From positions 10,540,001 through 10,604,000 of the forward strand of contig NC_091476.1 of assembly GCF_036971445.1 (NCBI RefSeq): a DNA stretch of 64,000 nt. Reading direction: 5' to 3'. The position numbers were made by a program, and so were the translations under genes. Below the pieces are notes generated by a model that saw only the letters and a list, made by a program, of their open reading frames with translations, was not told the DNA's origin and did not search any database. Below, in pieces: positions 12,442 through 24,595 of this stretch. The stretch is from Narcine bancroftii (taxonomy: Eukaryota). Each line of letters begins with the position of its first letter. The first letter of the stretch is position 1.

Positions 12442-15400
12442 AAGGAATATGTGATTAGTGCAAGAAAGTGGCACTGAGATAAATGATCTTATTGAATGCA
12501 AACAAGAGGGCCAACTGACCTGCTCCTGCTTTCATTGTCTCATGCTCTGACAGTGACCACTGTGACCAAGCAACCCAATAACAGTCATTGCTCAGAATTC
12601 TTGCATGATACATGGTTCCTGGTGCATTCTTAGTATGACTTGGAAAACAAGACTTGCGTGATTTAAAAATTTACATGAAAGTGCCAGCACTTGCTATCAT
12701 ACACTTTCTGGCTCAAATAGACTGTACCTATACCATGTGTGACTGTTTCTTCAGATCCCTCAACCTTAATAACACAACCTCTGTACCACTGTTTGTTTTC
12801 AGGGAGCCAGGCAGATACATAGGCATTTATCAAAGGGATGAAGGACTTTGTAGCAGAGCTCCTTGAACACTCGATGCTGTAAAACAAAGTAACCCAATGT
12901 TAATTCTTATTTATGTAAGAATTGGGATTATGTTGCAACTGGGATTATCTAAATCAGAGGTTTTCAAACTGGCCCGCACCCCAAACTCACATTCCACTTT
13001 ATGTATTCCCTATGCCATAAATGGTCTGTGATTAGTAAGGGATTGCTTAAAGTGGTACGTGAGTGGGAAGGGAAGGTTGAGGATCACTGTCCCAGACCCA
13101 ATTGTTACTGAAATATTTTGCCTGAGAAAAATTGTCATTGGCCCATTTCCTTTGGAGTTATGAAACTGTGGACATAATGAGTCAATTAGGTATGATTAAA
13201 ACAGTGGGTTTCAAACATTTTTCTTTCTACTTACACCACTTTAAGGAATCCCTTACTAATAACACAGCTCTTATGGCATAGGGTTACTTAAGGTGGAATG
13301 TGAGTTTAGGGGGGCAGTTTGAAAACCACTGATCTAAATCTACAAAGGCATCTGCCAACCATAAGCTACTGCAAAATCCAATGCTTACTTCTGTTTTGCA
13401 AGTTCAAGTTTATTATCACGTGTATTGAAAATGCAGTGACAGAGGTTGTTTTGTGAGCAGACCAGTTGACATCTCATACATAGTACAATGAAGACAGTCC
13501 AAAGTTACAGAGAGAAATCAGTTGGGAGGGTGTAAAGAAAACTTACTTTGACTATTTTGGGATTCATTCAGAAGTCTAATAACAATGGGAAAGAAACTGC
13601 ACTCAAAAGGGACGTCATTTTATTTTGAGGCTCTGCCCTCTCGTCCTAGACTCTCCCATTGCTGGAAACATCTTCTCCTTGACTAATTTATCTAGCCTTT
13701 TCATTCAATCAAATGTTACTTTTTAAAACATTTTGATTGAGTTTAATCAAAAGACCTATACATTATAATCTTGTAAATGGCATAGATTATAACACATATA
13801 TAGCATACAAATTGTAAATCGAAAACATAGCCCTATCTAATTTCTTAACTTAATTTTATCCAGCACATTAATTCCAAGATGAAATTAAATTAACAGTTAA
13901 CACATTTTTATACTATATAAAAAAAATGAAGAGAGAATATAGAAAAGAAAAAAGGATAATCCCAAAAGGCCCAGAGGACCCCAAAACTCAGCAGCAATAG
14001 AAATTCACCAAGACAAATGGTTACTTAAACAAATGTTACTTTTAATTTTCTTTAAACTTAAAAACAGGATCAAACTTTTAACTTATTACTATCAACTTAA
14101 CTTAACCTAATTTAACCCCCTTCTAATTCTAAGCACATGTGTATGTAATATATGTATAAGTTCAGAAAAGTTATTTAATTATCAGTCCAATCTCACTTCT
14201 CACTTTCCAAGTTCACTGGTATGAGGCAATTCTTATACTGTGCACAGAATTTAACATTTATGAATCTTCACCAGGCTTTGGTGCTTGAAAGGTAAATGGC
14301 TACCGTTCAGGAAGGATCTTGTCGGGTTTCAGAGAGAGATTTGTTGCTCCTTGGACACAAACTGATTTCTTCCAATCAGCCACTTCAGTGTCTTGCCAAA
14401 GAAGCTTGCCCCATCAGGGTTTTCCAGATGATAACCTCTTTCTTTCAGGTCACCACAGATTTCTTTTTCTGTTTCCCTTATCTCAGATGATACATTGTAC
14501 CGCCAGCCATCTCCTCTTGTATGGACCACAAGGGCTGAACAGGCTGAACTAAGAACTCACAACTCATCTTTAAAATGTTTTTTTTTCCAGTGCCAGCTGC
14601 TGCTGTTGAACAGTAGAAACTGAATTCTCTCTCTCAGAGAAAACCACACTTCCCTCCTTGAACAGCAAACGGCACTCAGACAGACTGCGGCACCAGACCC
14701 AATCTTCCGAGTCTGTTCATCTGTTGCTTTCCAAAACAATAATCCACAATTTTTCCAATTAACAGCTACTTGTGAAATCTCTGTAGGCATTCTTCAAAGT
14801 TTTTGCAAAGGCACTTGGAGCCTGGACTGTCTGGCTTGAGCAGAGCTCTGTATTTCAAATGAGATCTGTGTTGTGAAGTGTTTGTATCTTTTTGTGACCT
14901 AACTAAGAAAAACCCACAATTTATCTCCTTTAAAACATATCTATATACAGTATAAAATATTACATAATCTGTCACAGTAAAAAAATTTAAAAACTGAGAA
15001 AAAATATTGTCTTTAAAGTAAGTTATAAGTAAAATAAAAAAATGAATTTATACTTTTCAGATATTAACTTTATCTTCTGTAATAAGATCAATGTTCACAA
15101 TTCGCATTTATATATCTCTAAAAAAGAAAAAAAGGAAAAAGAAAAGTAACACCTTTTAATCTAACCTCTCCCTCCAAACAAGGTTAATTTATATAAATAA
15201 TATTCTTCAATGTGAATCGAGTAGCAACATCCAGAAACCAGTCAGGGTACCTCAGGAGCATCCAAACACCTTAATTCTCACAATTATAATAGTAATCTAT
15301 AAATGGGCCCCACATCTTATGAAAATTAAACTATACATTTTTAACATTATATCTGATTTTTTAAAATTTAGGTAAGACATAATATCATGTAGCCATTGGA

Positions 15401-18400
15401 TATGAATAGGTGGAGGTAAAAGTCAAAATTCACTTTTGAGATGAAGTCAATAATATATCCTCTTCTTGTGAAAAACCAAATAAAGCAATTAAGGAGTATG
15501 GTTCCAGTCTGATCTTAAAAATCACTGATGAAGTTTTAAAAATGGTTTCCCAAACTTTTTCTTAACTGGGGCAAGTCCAAAACATATGGATCAATCAAGC
15601 TTCAAAGATTTTGCACTTATCACATCATGGATCAATATCTGAATAAAAATGAGATAATTTAACTTTAGATAAATGTACTCTGTGCACTACTTGTCATGCA
15701 CAGAAAGAAGATTCGTTAATCAAATTAAGTGTTGCAGTCCTCATCTGTGAGTGATAAACTCAAGTCAAGCTCCCAATCATTCTTAATCTTGGCCAGTGAA
15801 GCTCTTCTTAAATCCATCAAGTTATTATAAATAATTGACATTGAGCCTCTATGAGAGAGTTGAACGCCAAAAAATAAATCAAGAATGTTTGCTTCAGAAA
15901 TTCGTGTAAAATCAGAGCTTGGACTGAACAAAATATCTGACTTGTAAATATCTGAAAAAAATGACTGTTAGGTAGTTTAAATATTACCATCAATTGTTTA
16001 AAAGAAGCAAAATTATCTTGAATAGAAAGATCTTTAAAACATTTCATACCTAGTCTATACCATTCCTTAAAACCTGTATCAAATAAAGAAGGTAGAAAAA
16101 GATGATTAGATACAATAGGACTGACAAGAGAAAAACTTTCTAAACTATGCCCTATTCTCAGTTTATGCTTCATTATCAGAATGTCTGTCAATTTGGAAAG
16201 GGAAAAAGATTTAAAAAAAAGGACTCTAAAACTTTCGACATCGATGAATTCTTAGAAAAATTCAATCTCATTTCTACCCAAGGATAGTCAACTAATTTAT
16301 CAAAATTTAACAAAAGGAATTTTGATTGCCCAAAAATAGAATCTAAAATTTGGAAGTGGCAGTCCCCCATTCCTTTTAGTTTTTGAAGATGAATTTTATT
16401 TAAATGAGGTTGTTTTTATGGCCATATGTATGAAGAAATAAATGAATCCAACAAATCAAAAAAGGATTTAGGAATAAAGACTGGTAAATATCAAAAAAGA
16501 TACAAAAATGTGGGTAAAAATATTCATTTTAATCAAATTGCTATGTCCATTTATAGTAATTAACAAAAGTGACTGTCCCTGTAGTGATAATTTGACCTGA
16601 TTAAATAATGCAATAAAATTTTCTTTCAGTAAGTTATTATAACTCCTAGTAGTTGTAATTCCAAGATATCTAAATGGATTGTTCACCATCTTAAAAGGGA
16701 AATTGAAATATCTTAAAAAAGACCCCTTTAGGAGTAATAATTCACTCTTCAGCAGATTTAAAATTGTAGCCAGAAAACTGGCCAAAATGGGTAAATAAAT
16801 TTAATATGTTTGGTGTAGAAACTTCAGGATTTGAAATAAAAAGCAAAATATCAATTTACTTTTACCCAGATTTTTAAGTTCACAGTTCACTTTGTCTTTT
16901 TCTTATTTTTCTTTTTGGAATCCGTTCTGAGGTCCTCTTTATAGTCCTTGTATATATCACTCAATCTTCTTTGGAGTTTCAGAATTTTTGATATCCCTCC
17001 GCCACATCGATCCTCAATGTCGCTGGGAATATCATTGAGTACTTTATGCTCTGTGTCTGCAGTTATCGCTTCTTGCCATCAAATTCCTTTCGTTGCTTAA
17101 CTAAGTTTGCACTAAGATCTTGAAAAAAAACACTTTTCCACCTTCCAACTTGACTGTGCCATTATTTTCCCTGGCATATTTGACTGCTGCTCTTAGTGTG
17201 GCCTCCTGATCCAGATAACTCAAAAATCTTAGCAGGACCGGTAGTGGTCTTTGATCATCTGGTTTTCTGGGGCAGAAGGTCCACTGGGCTCTCTCAACAA
17301 GCAGGTTTTCTTTCAATCTTCCTGTTCCCAACACTTGTGGAAGCCATTCTTCAAAGAACTCCTCAAGGTCATTCCCTTCAGTCCCTTCTTTTAGCCCAAT
17401 GATACGGACATCATTCCTTCTGTTGAAATTCTCCATATGATCGATTTTATCCAGCAGCGGTTGTTTATCCAGTTTCCATGCCATTGTATTTTCTTCCAGG
17501 ACCTTCAATTTTTCCTGGGCCATTGTCAGGTCATTTTTCGACCTGATCCACCCAAATCATCAGGTTTTCAAGTGCTGTCGCCATGTCTGATATTTTGACC
17601 TTCACATGGCCATGCCCTTCAGAAAAAGAATTGTTGATGTTTTGAATTGGAACAGAAATGATGAGTCAAAAGATAGTTTATGTATCGTAGCCTCTGTCTT
17701 TACTCCGTTCATGTTGATTTACTGGTATTATTACGAGCTCCTGCTTCATTTAGTGCGAGTGTCATTTTAAGGGCTAGTACAGGCTGCAACCATTTAAAGC
17801 TGTGAGAGAGTGGGTGGCAACATCTAGTACAGAAAAAAAAGAATATTTGTGGCTTATCCAGGGGCACAGATCAGATGGTGAGAGAGTCATGTGAGGTGGG
17901 ACTCTGAAGGAAACAGCATTCATCATTGCCCACTAGCTATCTCATGGGTTACTGAGGTGGAGTGACTCTGTGAAATGGACAACCCGGCTAATTCTGCCCT
18001 GTCAGGGGAATTACTGAACTACCCTGTGACCAAAGGAAAGGTCACTTTGACTGACCCATACCTGGGTTTTGGAAGCAGGAGAATTGGTGCATCGGATCGT
18101 GACCAAAGTAATGGTCATTTTTACTTACCTGTACCTGTGTTGTGGAAGCATCATGGAAGTCACACGTTTAGTGTCTGCTACGCAAGAAAAATGGGAATTG
18201 TGACTACTGTTCACCTTAAAGGATATTTCTCAGCAAGAAACTTGACAAGGATTCATGAGTTTTCATCATTCCAGTCACTCAGTTTCTCCCACCTCCTTCA
18301 TGATTACTCTGGGCATCAGTTTAAGGATCTGCGTTTCAACACAGGATTTATAAGACTGAACTTTGGAATGACTTTCCAGAATTTTGCCTAAGCTGTAATG

Positions 18401-18426
18401 GTTTGGGTATCCCTCTCCCACCCCCA

Positions 18427-18479
<53 letters not shown>

Positions 18480-21400
18480 TGTGCACGTGTTTGCACATTG
18501 TTGGGTTTGATTTAACTAATGTGGCATATTATTAGTGTTTTAAAAGAAACAATAGCACTCTCTTGGTGAATTTCTAGTGCCGCTGGCCTGAAATGTTACA
18601 GTATATTAAAATATTAAACATTGTGTGCACGTATCCTTATTAAAAATTTCAATGAACACATTAACAACAATATTTAGTATATAACCTTGTCAAATTAAAA
18701 TTACACAATTTTAACAATAGAAGCAGACCAATGTAGGCAGAAGGGTATAATTACGATGTCCATAGCAGCAGTTTCCTTTGTAAATATGCACATGACAATT
18801 TTGAATAGTAAGGGCACTAAATTTGAAATAAGGAATAAATTTTATCTGCATTCCTTAGTCCCAATTGCCTCCCTTTTAGTTGGTGCAGCTGCTACACCTC
18901 GGATTCTGTTTCACAGAATTTGTACAATCTTTCCACGACTCTATGGACCTTTTCTGTGAGCTCCTGTTCCTTGCACATATCCAAGGCATGCATGTAGTAA
19001 TCTACATTAGTCAGTTACCCAAGTATAATGGCAAAAATAATCATGGGGGATAGATGATGGGCACATGAGCAAATAAGTTGGAGGGGATTCAAGGAAAATT
19101 GGAGAGGGAGATGTAGGACCAATGGATTGCTCTGTAGGAGCCAGCATTAATGTGTAGGACCCAATAACCAGTCTGTATCATTCTCTATCTGAAGGCTTCA
19201 CTTCCTCTCAACTCCTCACTGTAAAAAAAAAGCACTAGAAACTCTAAATTTTATATGAAATGCCAGTTTGAACTGGAACATTTTTATGTTATTCTGTGCG
19301 TGGAAAGGAAGATAAACAAACAATACAAAAGAATATAGATCAATTGATCTTGAATTTTTCAGGTTTCACTCAAAATAACCAGGAAAAAACCTTTGAGCCT
19401 CTACTTGGAAAAATTAAGTTAAAAAATGATAAAACAATGTTATATGTGAATTTTTAACTTTAAGAACTTGGCTTTACAATTACAGACACTGTGTCTAGAG
19501 TACTGGCAATGACATTTGTAATGTACTGATCAATGATGTGATGAGAGTTACCAGGGAAAAAAAAGCGAAGTAAATTTAAACACACAAATATTATTCCCAT
19601 TATCAATTTAAATGATCAATTTATAGTCAATAATTATTGGACCATTTTTCTGCTCCTTCAAAGTAACTTTGTACTGAGATGCACTCATGGAGACAGGCGA
19701 AAGGAAGGAGAGGTTGTCATATCCCATTTCCTGTGGGAGCTTCCTTTGCTGTTGTACAGCCAAATCTTCTTGATTGATTTTAAACTCCCACTGTATTATA
19801 GTTTAATAAACAAAAATTGCTTATATCTTGGAAAAAGAATTCTGTTTAAAAATAAAAGTTAAGTGAATGTTGAAATTTAGCCTGTTAATATTCTTAATAA
19901 AATCTTCTTGGAGTTAAAAAAAAAATACTTGATTTTGTCCAGTCATGTTAACAATCAAGCAAGTATTCCTGGTGGATCTCAACCAAATAGGCCTAGCACT
20001 ACATTTTGTACTATCAAAGTTATCTGTATTAACCAAATGAATGTCAATGTCCTTAGTAGGTATCACTATTGTGTTATTTAGCTACTGCAGAAACTCTATC
20101 CCTTCAAAGTAGGAAAGAAATATTGTACTTACTTTAATTTCTTCATCATTTCTGGTAGTTCCTGACCAGAGTGCTGTATATAAAAATTATGAGGGCCAAT
20201 GACATAACTGACCCTAATCTCTATCTTCTGCCATTGACAATATTGGAATTCTTCAATATTTCTAATTAGAGATAACTCTGTATCACTTTCAATGCGTGAA
20301 GATGAAAACTGACTGTCAATTAATGGTTCCAGACTGCTGTAAGGGCTCACATATGGCTGAGGGGAAAACACTTGTTTTTTTGACGTTGATATTTCGTTTA
20401 ATTGATTTGACTGCTGTAAAGCATTACTCTTACTTGATAGTTCTTGAGAGGAAGTGGGACTCAGAGATGAGACCATAATTTGTGTACAAGTCTTTCCTTC
20501 TTCAGACTCTTCAGTTATATTGCTGCCTGATGCAGTAAATTCAAAAGTGTCCCAGATTTCACATTCTGACCGAGCCACATATATTTGTTTTCCATTCGAT
20601 GACTTGCATTTGTTGGTGAAGATATGTGGTTCTTCTTTGTAAACCTGTAGCTGTGTGGACATAGTGTTTTCAGAAGCTAATTTGTCTTCTACCATTGTCA
20701 TTCTGAGATCACTGTTTCCCTTTGATGATGCAACTTCTACAGGCTTGTCAACTCCTAAACGTTGACTGTTGGTAAAAGGGCACCTATCTTCGGAGTGTTT
20801 TATAAATGGATTTTCTTCTTGTAATTCGTACATTTTATACGTTGATATGATGCTTACGTCATGTGGACAATTTAACTGGGAAATATTCTTTCTGGATATG
20901 TCAAGCTTAGTATCATAACTGGTGAATTCTTCATCAACACACCTTCCTCTAACTTCCTTAAAACCTGTTAAATCTGTTGGAACTATAGCTTCAAGATTAC
21001 TTTTAGAAATAGATGCAGTAACTCCATTGGGCACAACTTCCTCTTTTGGATATTCTGATCTACTTGTGAGCATTCCTAGTTGAAACAAGGCACCTGTAAA
21101 GCAGATAATATGCGGAGAAAGAACAGACATATAATAGAAAGAATATAATGGCATATGCCAATTCAACTAAATCCCTTCAATAGATGTCAAGCTTGAAACT
21201 CTTGTATTTCCCATACACAGAATGTGAAATTACAAGCTGTAAATCACCCCCAAAATGCATTTTCAGCTGCATTTCCATATCCCGAGGCCTGATTATATTT
21301 ATATCGTGCTTCTTAACTTCAAGCTATTCAAACCCATTTTATAACCAATTTTTTTTGAATGATAGTAATGTAGAAAATATCCCACAAGCAAGATTTTACT

Positions 21401-23369
21401 AATATTGAATAATAATGATCAGATCATCTGGTTTATAAATTATATTCACTGATGGATAAATATTAATCAAGATAATAATTACCCCACTACTTTTCTAGTA
21501 TAATTATATTCACCTGAGAGCATTGCAAGGGTTCCAATTTAATATCTCAACTGAAAGACAGCATCTCTAGGTGTACAGTTGAACTTCAATATGGTAATAG
21601 AGTGACACCCTAGATTTGGTGTTCAGTGCTACGAAGTAGAACTTGAATCTACAACTTTTTTACCCAGAAACAACAGTACGTAGCAAAGTTTTGTAAGGGC
21701 TCCTTTCCTAAGAGCTGTCCATTTGCCAACGAATTCCTAAGCTGGAAATACTTTTTGTAGCTACCTAAATCAAATTGTTCTACATATATGTGCTATTCTT
21801 CTATTTCACCCTAATATTATTCAATTAAACAATTGAATTTGTCATGTATCCTGCCTTTAATGAATACCATGAAACATTTCATGATTATTACTAACTTGAT
21901 GAATGCTCTCTCATGTGTGGGAGAACTTTGATAAAGTCAGATTTCCCAAACTGCCCATGTAATAGAATCAAAGCTGATAACACTAAGTCATGTGCTGGTA
22001 GCTTTCAAAGGGTTTTTATTTCTGAAGTATCACAGTTAAAAAGCAAACTGACAGTGATCCAAATGACTAACAGGCATGAAAGAAGAATACATAACTGCAA
22101 TCAACTGACTTGAGTCGATTAAAAAAAAACTATTGATAAACTAGAAATACCAATCTCATATTTTTTTATACAAAGATTTAAAAATCTTTACTTGGAAATA
22201 TGATTTGTAAATTGAACAAAACAAATTACACTGTTCTTTACAATTTTTTAATTTTCAGAAAATTCCATCAAATAACTTTCATTAACAAGCAAAAGGTCCA
22301 GAAATGTAGAGAAAGTCAAAAAGAAGGGAATTTTACAAAAGGTGAAAGTGACATGACTAAACAACGTGATTTTCAACTGACAACGTCAATTGATGACTTA
22401 CCTGCCTTTATTTCTTGAAGTATTTTGTACAATACTTTACTTGATGCATGTAATTGAATTAGCTGATCATGAAAAACTTCATAACTTTTGCAGCAATCTT
22501 CAAGAAATATGGGAATGTTCTGAATATTTGTCCTGACCTGCATAAAAAAATTATATTTTTCATGGTCGGTTTTAACAAATAGTAAATTTTAACTATAGAG
22601 TATCTAAAAAGCTGTTGAAGAACATTATCAGACTAACACTGACAGCAAAACACAGAAGATACCATATTAGGAGTGCTCACCAAAATGTTAAGTTAAAAGT
22701 GGTGCTGAAAAGACTGACAGCCAGTCAGCAAGATTTAAGGGGGAAATTCCAAAGCTAAAGCATAATAGAGGCTCAACTTAAATAAGATGCCAAAATATTC
22801 AAAATACTAACATATTTTCTCATAAATTTGCAATTTTTATTGTAACACAATGGCTGGAAACGTAGAGGTAATGTGTTAAAATATTTTATTTTGTTTTTTT
22901 CTTTTTAATTTTTCATTTTAGAATAAATACAAAAATATGGGTTTAAGTGTGGTTATCGTGGATCATATCAACAAATAAGATGAAAATATATCTTTAGCTA
23001 TATAAAGGGGTTTTCAATTTTATCCATTTATTTTTTTCATTCACTATTATATTGGACACATTATGAGAAATGGATTAATTGCTAATTAATATATACTGTA
23101 GTAAAATTAGATGTCTTAAGATATGTATATGATACAACCTGTTGTATACTATTACTAGATGACCATATATGTAGATTTATATTAAATTCAATAAAAAGAT
23201 TTTTAAAAATTAATTGATCATCTATAGTTGATCAAAAATAGAAACATACCCATTCCAACAGCTGTGCTACCTCTTGACCAATTGCTTTTTGATAATTGTT
23301 TATTATTATCAGTTGGTAGTAGACAGATCGCTTCATTTTTTCTTTTGTGGTTGCATCCTTCTCCTCCAT
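2748..23369 (-). CDS. Spliced gene encoding a single extended-Tudor-domain protein (RNF17/TDRD-like), ~580 aa
   Basis: Phase-consistent GT-AG exons on the minus strand: 23369(or acceptor 23381)-23250, 22537-22402, 21093-20133, 12876-12734, 11693-11554, 7863-7709, 4104-4046, tentative last exon 2770-2748. The joined translation has Tudor/SN-like motifs VSYVIGPHNFYIQ, AWLPENKQWYRGCV, VLCVDYGFS, LPQQALRVSLANVSPVHGATWSKSEIASFKKLVKNK. The start and last exon are uncertain. Confidence 0.75.
3549..3779 (-). mobile_element. Solo LTR (231 bp, Gypsy/BEL-like)
   Basis: TG...CA ends (TGTAGAT...ATCACA), perfect 5-bp TSD AACAG at 3544-3548 and 3780-3784, AATAAA on the minus strand. Confidence 0.75.
4046..4104 (-). 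CDS. Tudor gene probable penultimate exon (RRGLRLSQKMAAAPLTRCSK)
   Basis: Acceptor ctctgctag, donor A|gtaagt, phase compatible; resembles the terminal helix of extended Tudor folds. Confidence 0.55.
5053..6242 (-). mobile_element. Non-autonomous hAT (Charlie-type) element, copy 1
   Basis: TIRs CACACATGTCAAACT / AGTTTGACACCCCTG; 8-bp TSD ATCTAGAC (5045-5052, 6243-6250); TGGCCCGC subterminal repeats. Confidence 0.85.
6251..7070 (+). mobile_element. L1-type LINE 5' fragment with decayed ORF1 (5' tip at ~5024-5044)
   Basis: ORFs 6394..6609 and 6742..6942: ENFSRCNNVWIIGLKEGTEG, FFQDVSP, KYSMIYPTTLRV (L1 ORF1/Transposase_22-like). Confidence 0.75.
7709..7863 (-). CDS. Tudor gene exon (SN-like C-terminal extension)
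   Basis: Acceptor ttctgcag, donor AG|gtac; VSPVHGATWSKSEIASFKKLVKNKTYFAKVYQKMNVMTVELF. Confidence 0.8.
9015..11275 (+). mobile_element. Decayed CR1/HER1-type LINE (RT region) with nested MITE and a LINE tail
   Basis: Degenerate RT motifs (YRPISLTSVVGKLLE, QHGF, DFEKAFDKV, FADDTKIG) and a CR1 3' end. Confidence 0.8.
9207..9570. mobile_element. Compound hAT MITE
   Basis: CAGTGGTTTTCAAAC TIRs; two ~135-bp hairpin units around a spacer. Confidence 0.7.
11554..11693 (-). CDS. Tudor gene exon (VDYG motif)
   Basis: ORF 11497..11742; acceptor ttttcag, donor AAT|gtaagt; VVVLCVDYGFSASLSLSHLKILPPAFYALPQQALRVSLAN. Confidence 0.85.
12410..12437. repeat. (CA)n microsatellite
   Basis: Seen directly in the sequence. 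Confidence 0.9.
12734..12876 (-). CDS. Tudor gene exon (Tudor core, WYRG)
   Basis: ORF 12663..12887; acceptor ttttacag; phase 2 matches upstream; YVSAWLPENKQWYRGCVIKVE. Confidence 0.85.
12955..13331. mobile_element. Compound hAT MITE
   Basis: CAGAGGTTTTCAAAC...GTTTGAAAACCACTG with perfect 8-bp TSD ATCTAAAT on both sides. Confidence 0.8.
14034..14976 (-). mobile_element. Probable solo LTR (~940 bp)
   Basis: TGTTAC...GTCACA ends; its left end is duplicated (CAAATGTTACTTTT at 13710 and 14030) around an AT-rich L1-like 3' fragment; own TSD not clear. Confidence 0.45.
14990..17720 (-). mobile_element. Internally deleted L1-type LINE (ORF1 plus C-terminal ORF2)
   Basis: ORF1 17101..17523 (ENFNRRNDVRIIGLKEGTEG); ORF2 remnants 16468..16785 (FRYLGITT) and 15817..16191; EN and most of RT absent. 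Confidence 0.8.
18426..18476. repeat. (CA)n microsatellite
   Basis: Seen directly in the sequence. Confidence 0.9.
20133..21093 (-). CDS. Tudor gene large exon (961 bp; S/E-rich region plus start of extended Tudor)
   Basis: Lies in ORF 20129..21166 (345 aa); acceptor tttacag, donor AA|gtaagt; ends IRVSYVIGPHNFYIQHSGQELPEMMKKL. Confidence 0.85.
22402..22537 (-). CDS. Tudor gene exon (VRTNIQNIPIF...LQEIKA)
   Basis: ttttatgcag acceptor, G|gtaagt donor, 136 bp open; phase 1 joins the 961-bp exon. Confidence 0.75.
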
Positions 23370-23381
23370 CAGTGCAATTCT
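23250..23381 (-). CDS. Tudor gene: first identified coding exon (RIALMEEKDATTKEK...QLLEW)
   Basis: Acceptor ctcttacag, in-frame ATG at 23369, donor TGG|gtatg, phase 0 into the next exon. Confidence 0.6.
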
Positions 23382-24319
23382 CTGTAAGAGAATGTTTTAG
23401 AAGTGCTGGTCATTTTAAGGATCTTTGGATACTATACTCAGATCTTTATAACCTACACTGGTGCATTCCCATTACCATAATAAAGCTTCTCAGGATCTGT
23501 AATTACATTAGGCCATACTAGGGCAGATAAAGGACCATCTTAAAAGAGAGAAATGAAGAGAAAATTAGTTCTCCAAGCAACTGCATTTGGAATGAAGTTG
23601 TGAACTGTGTCAGAATACAAATGGGTAATAAAATGACATGAAACAAAAAAAAGCATTGCTTTTCTTGCAACATTTAGCTATAGATATTGGAAAATATTGT
23701 GAACTAGATAAATTGCAAAATCTAGATGACAAATGAATGACAAAAAGGATGATCAAGTGAAGTTTGAGATCAAGCCTTCACAACTGTCATATAAAATAGA
23801 ATCCCCACCTTCAATCAAAATATTATATAAGATTTTGTTTATTATAGTAGCCCAGAGGTTGTGGTTCAAATAACAAACTCTCAGTTTCTCCCATCAAATT
23901 CAATCATTTTTGGATATAATGAGGATCTCTAGAAGACCGATACTGATGTAGTCTCAGATCCATTCCCTAATCAAGTTAGAGCATCATCTGCCACAGTTTT
24001 ATAGATGACCACCACTATATTCATGCGGAGAGTGAAAATGTATGCATTTTCCTCAGTTATGTATCAAACATCTAAGGGAAATAATGTCATCAAAATAAGT
24101 GATTTATCTATCACCTATTGAGTACTTGAAAACATAATTGGTTTCAAACTCCCCACACAATCGTCAAATGAATATATGAATCAATGTCAATAAGAACACT
24201 ATGGCGGTGTGCGCAATGAGCAATGGAGGATGGCTGTGTTGAGTGAGAAGTGTGAAAGAAACAAGTCGAGTCCAACGATGTCTCAAAACAAACTCCTTTA
24301 CTCCAAATCCAAAAACCCA

Positions 24320-24470
24320 TGATTCAAACACCCCCGGCCTTTCCCAACGGGGGGAAGTGACGCAGACTTCCCGTACAAGGCTCGTTTTGCATCTCAAACC
24401 CCGCTAGATGGCGTCAGTTGCTTTCCTGTCCGTGATTGCTGGAGCTGGTTCACTCGCTGCATAGGTGAGC
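24320..24470. promoter_or_regulatory. Small CpG-containing promoter-like element ~1 kb upstream of the Tudor gene
   Basis: CAACGG (MYB-type, 24345), GGAAGTGACGC (ETS-CRE-like, 24353), CCGCTAGATGGCG (CTCF-like, 24401). Confidence 0.45.
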
Positions 24471-24595
24471 CACGCTATGTAGATACAACACTGAACACAA
24501 TTATTTACACGCCCCCACAATTGTCTGGAAAAGGTGAGGCAATTCCTTTGCATGAATGACACTTGTACATCATCTATGTAACACTATTGCCCCAT

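Noticed and set aside
17975-18391. 138-aa + strand ORF in a Tudor-gene intron
   Set aside because: No recognisable domain or splice context; probably repeat-derived or chance.
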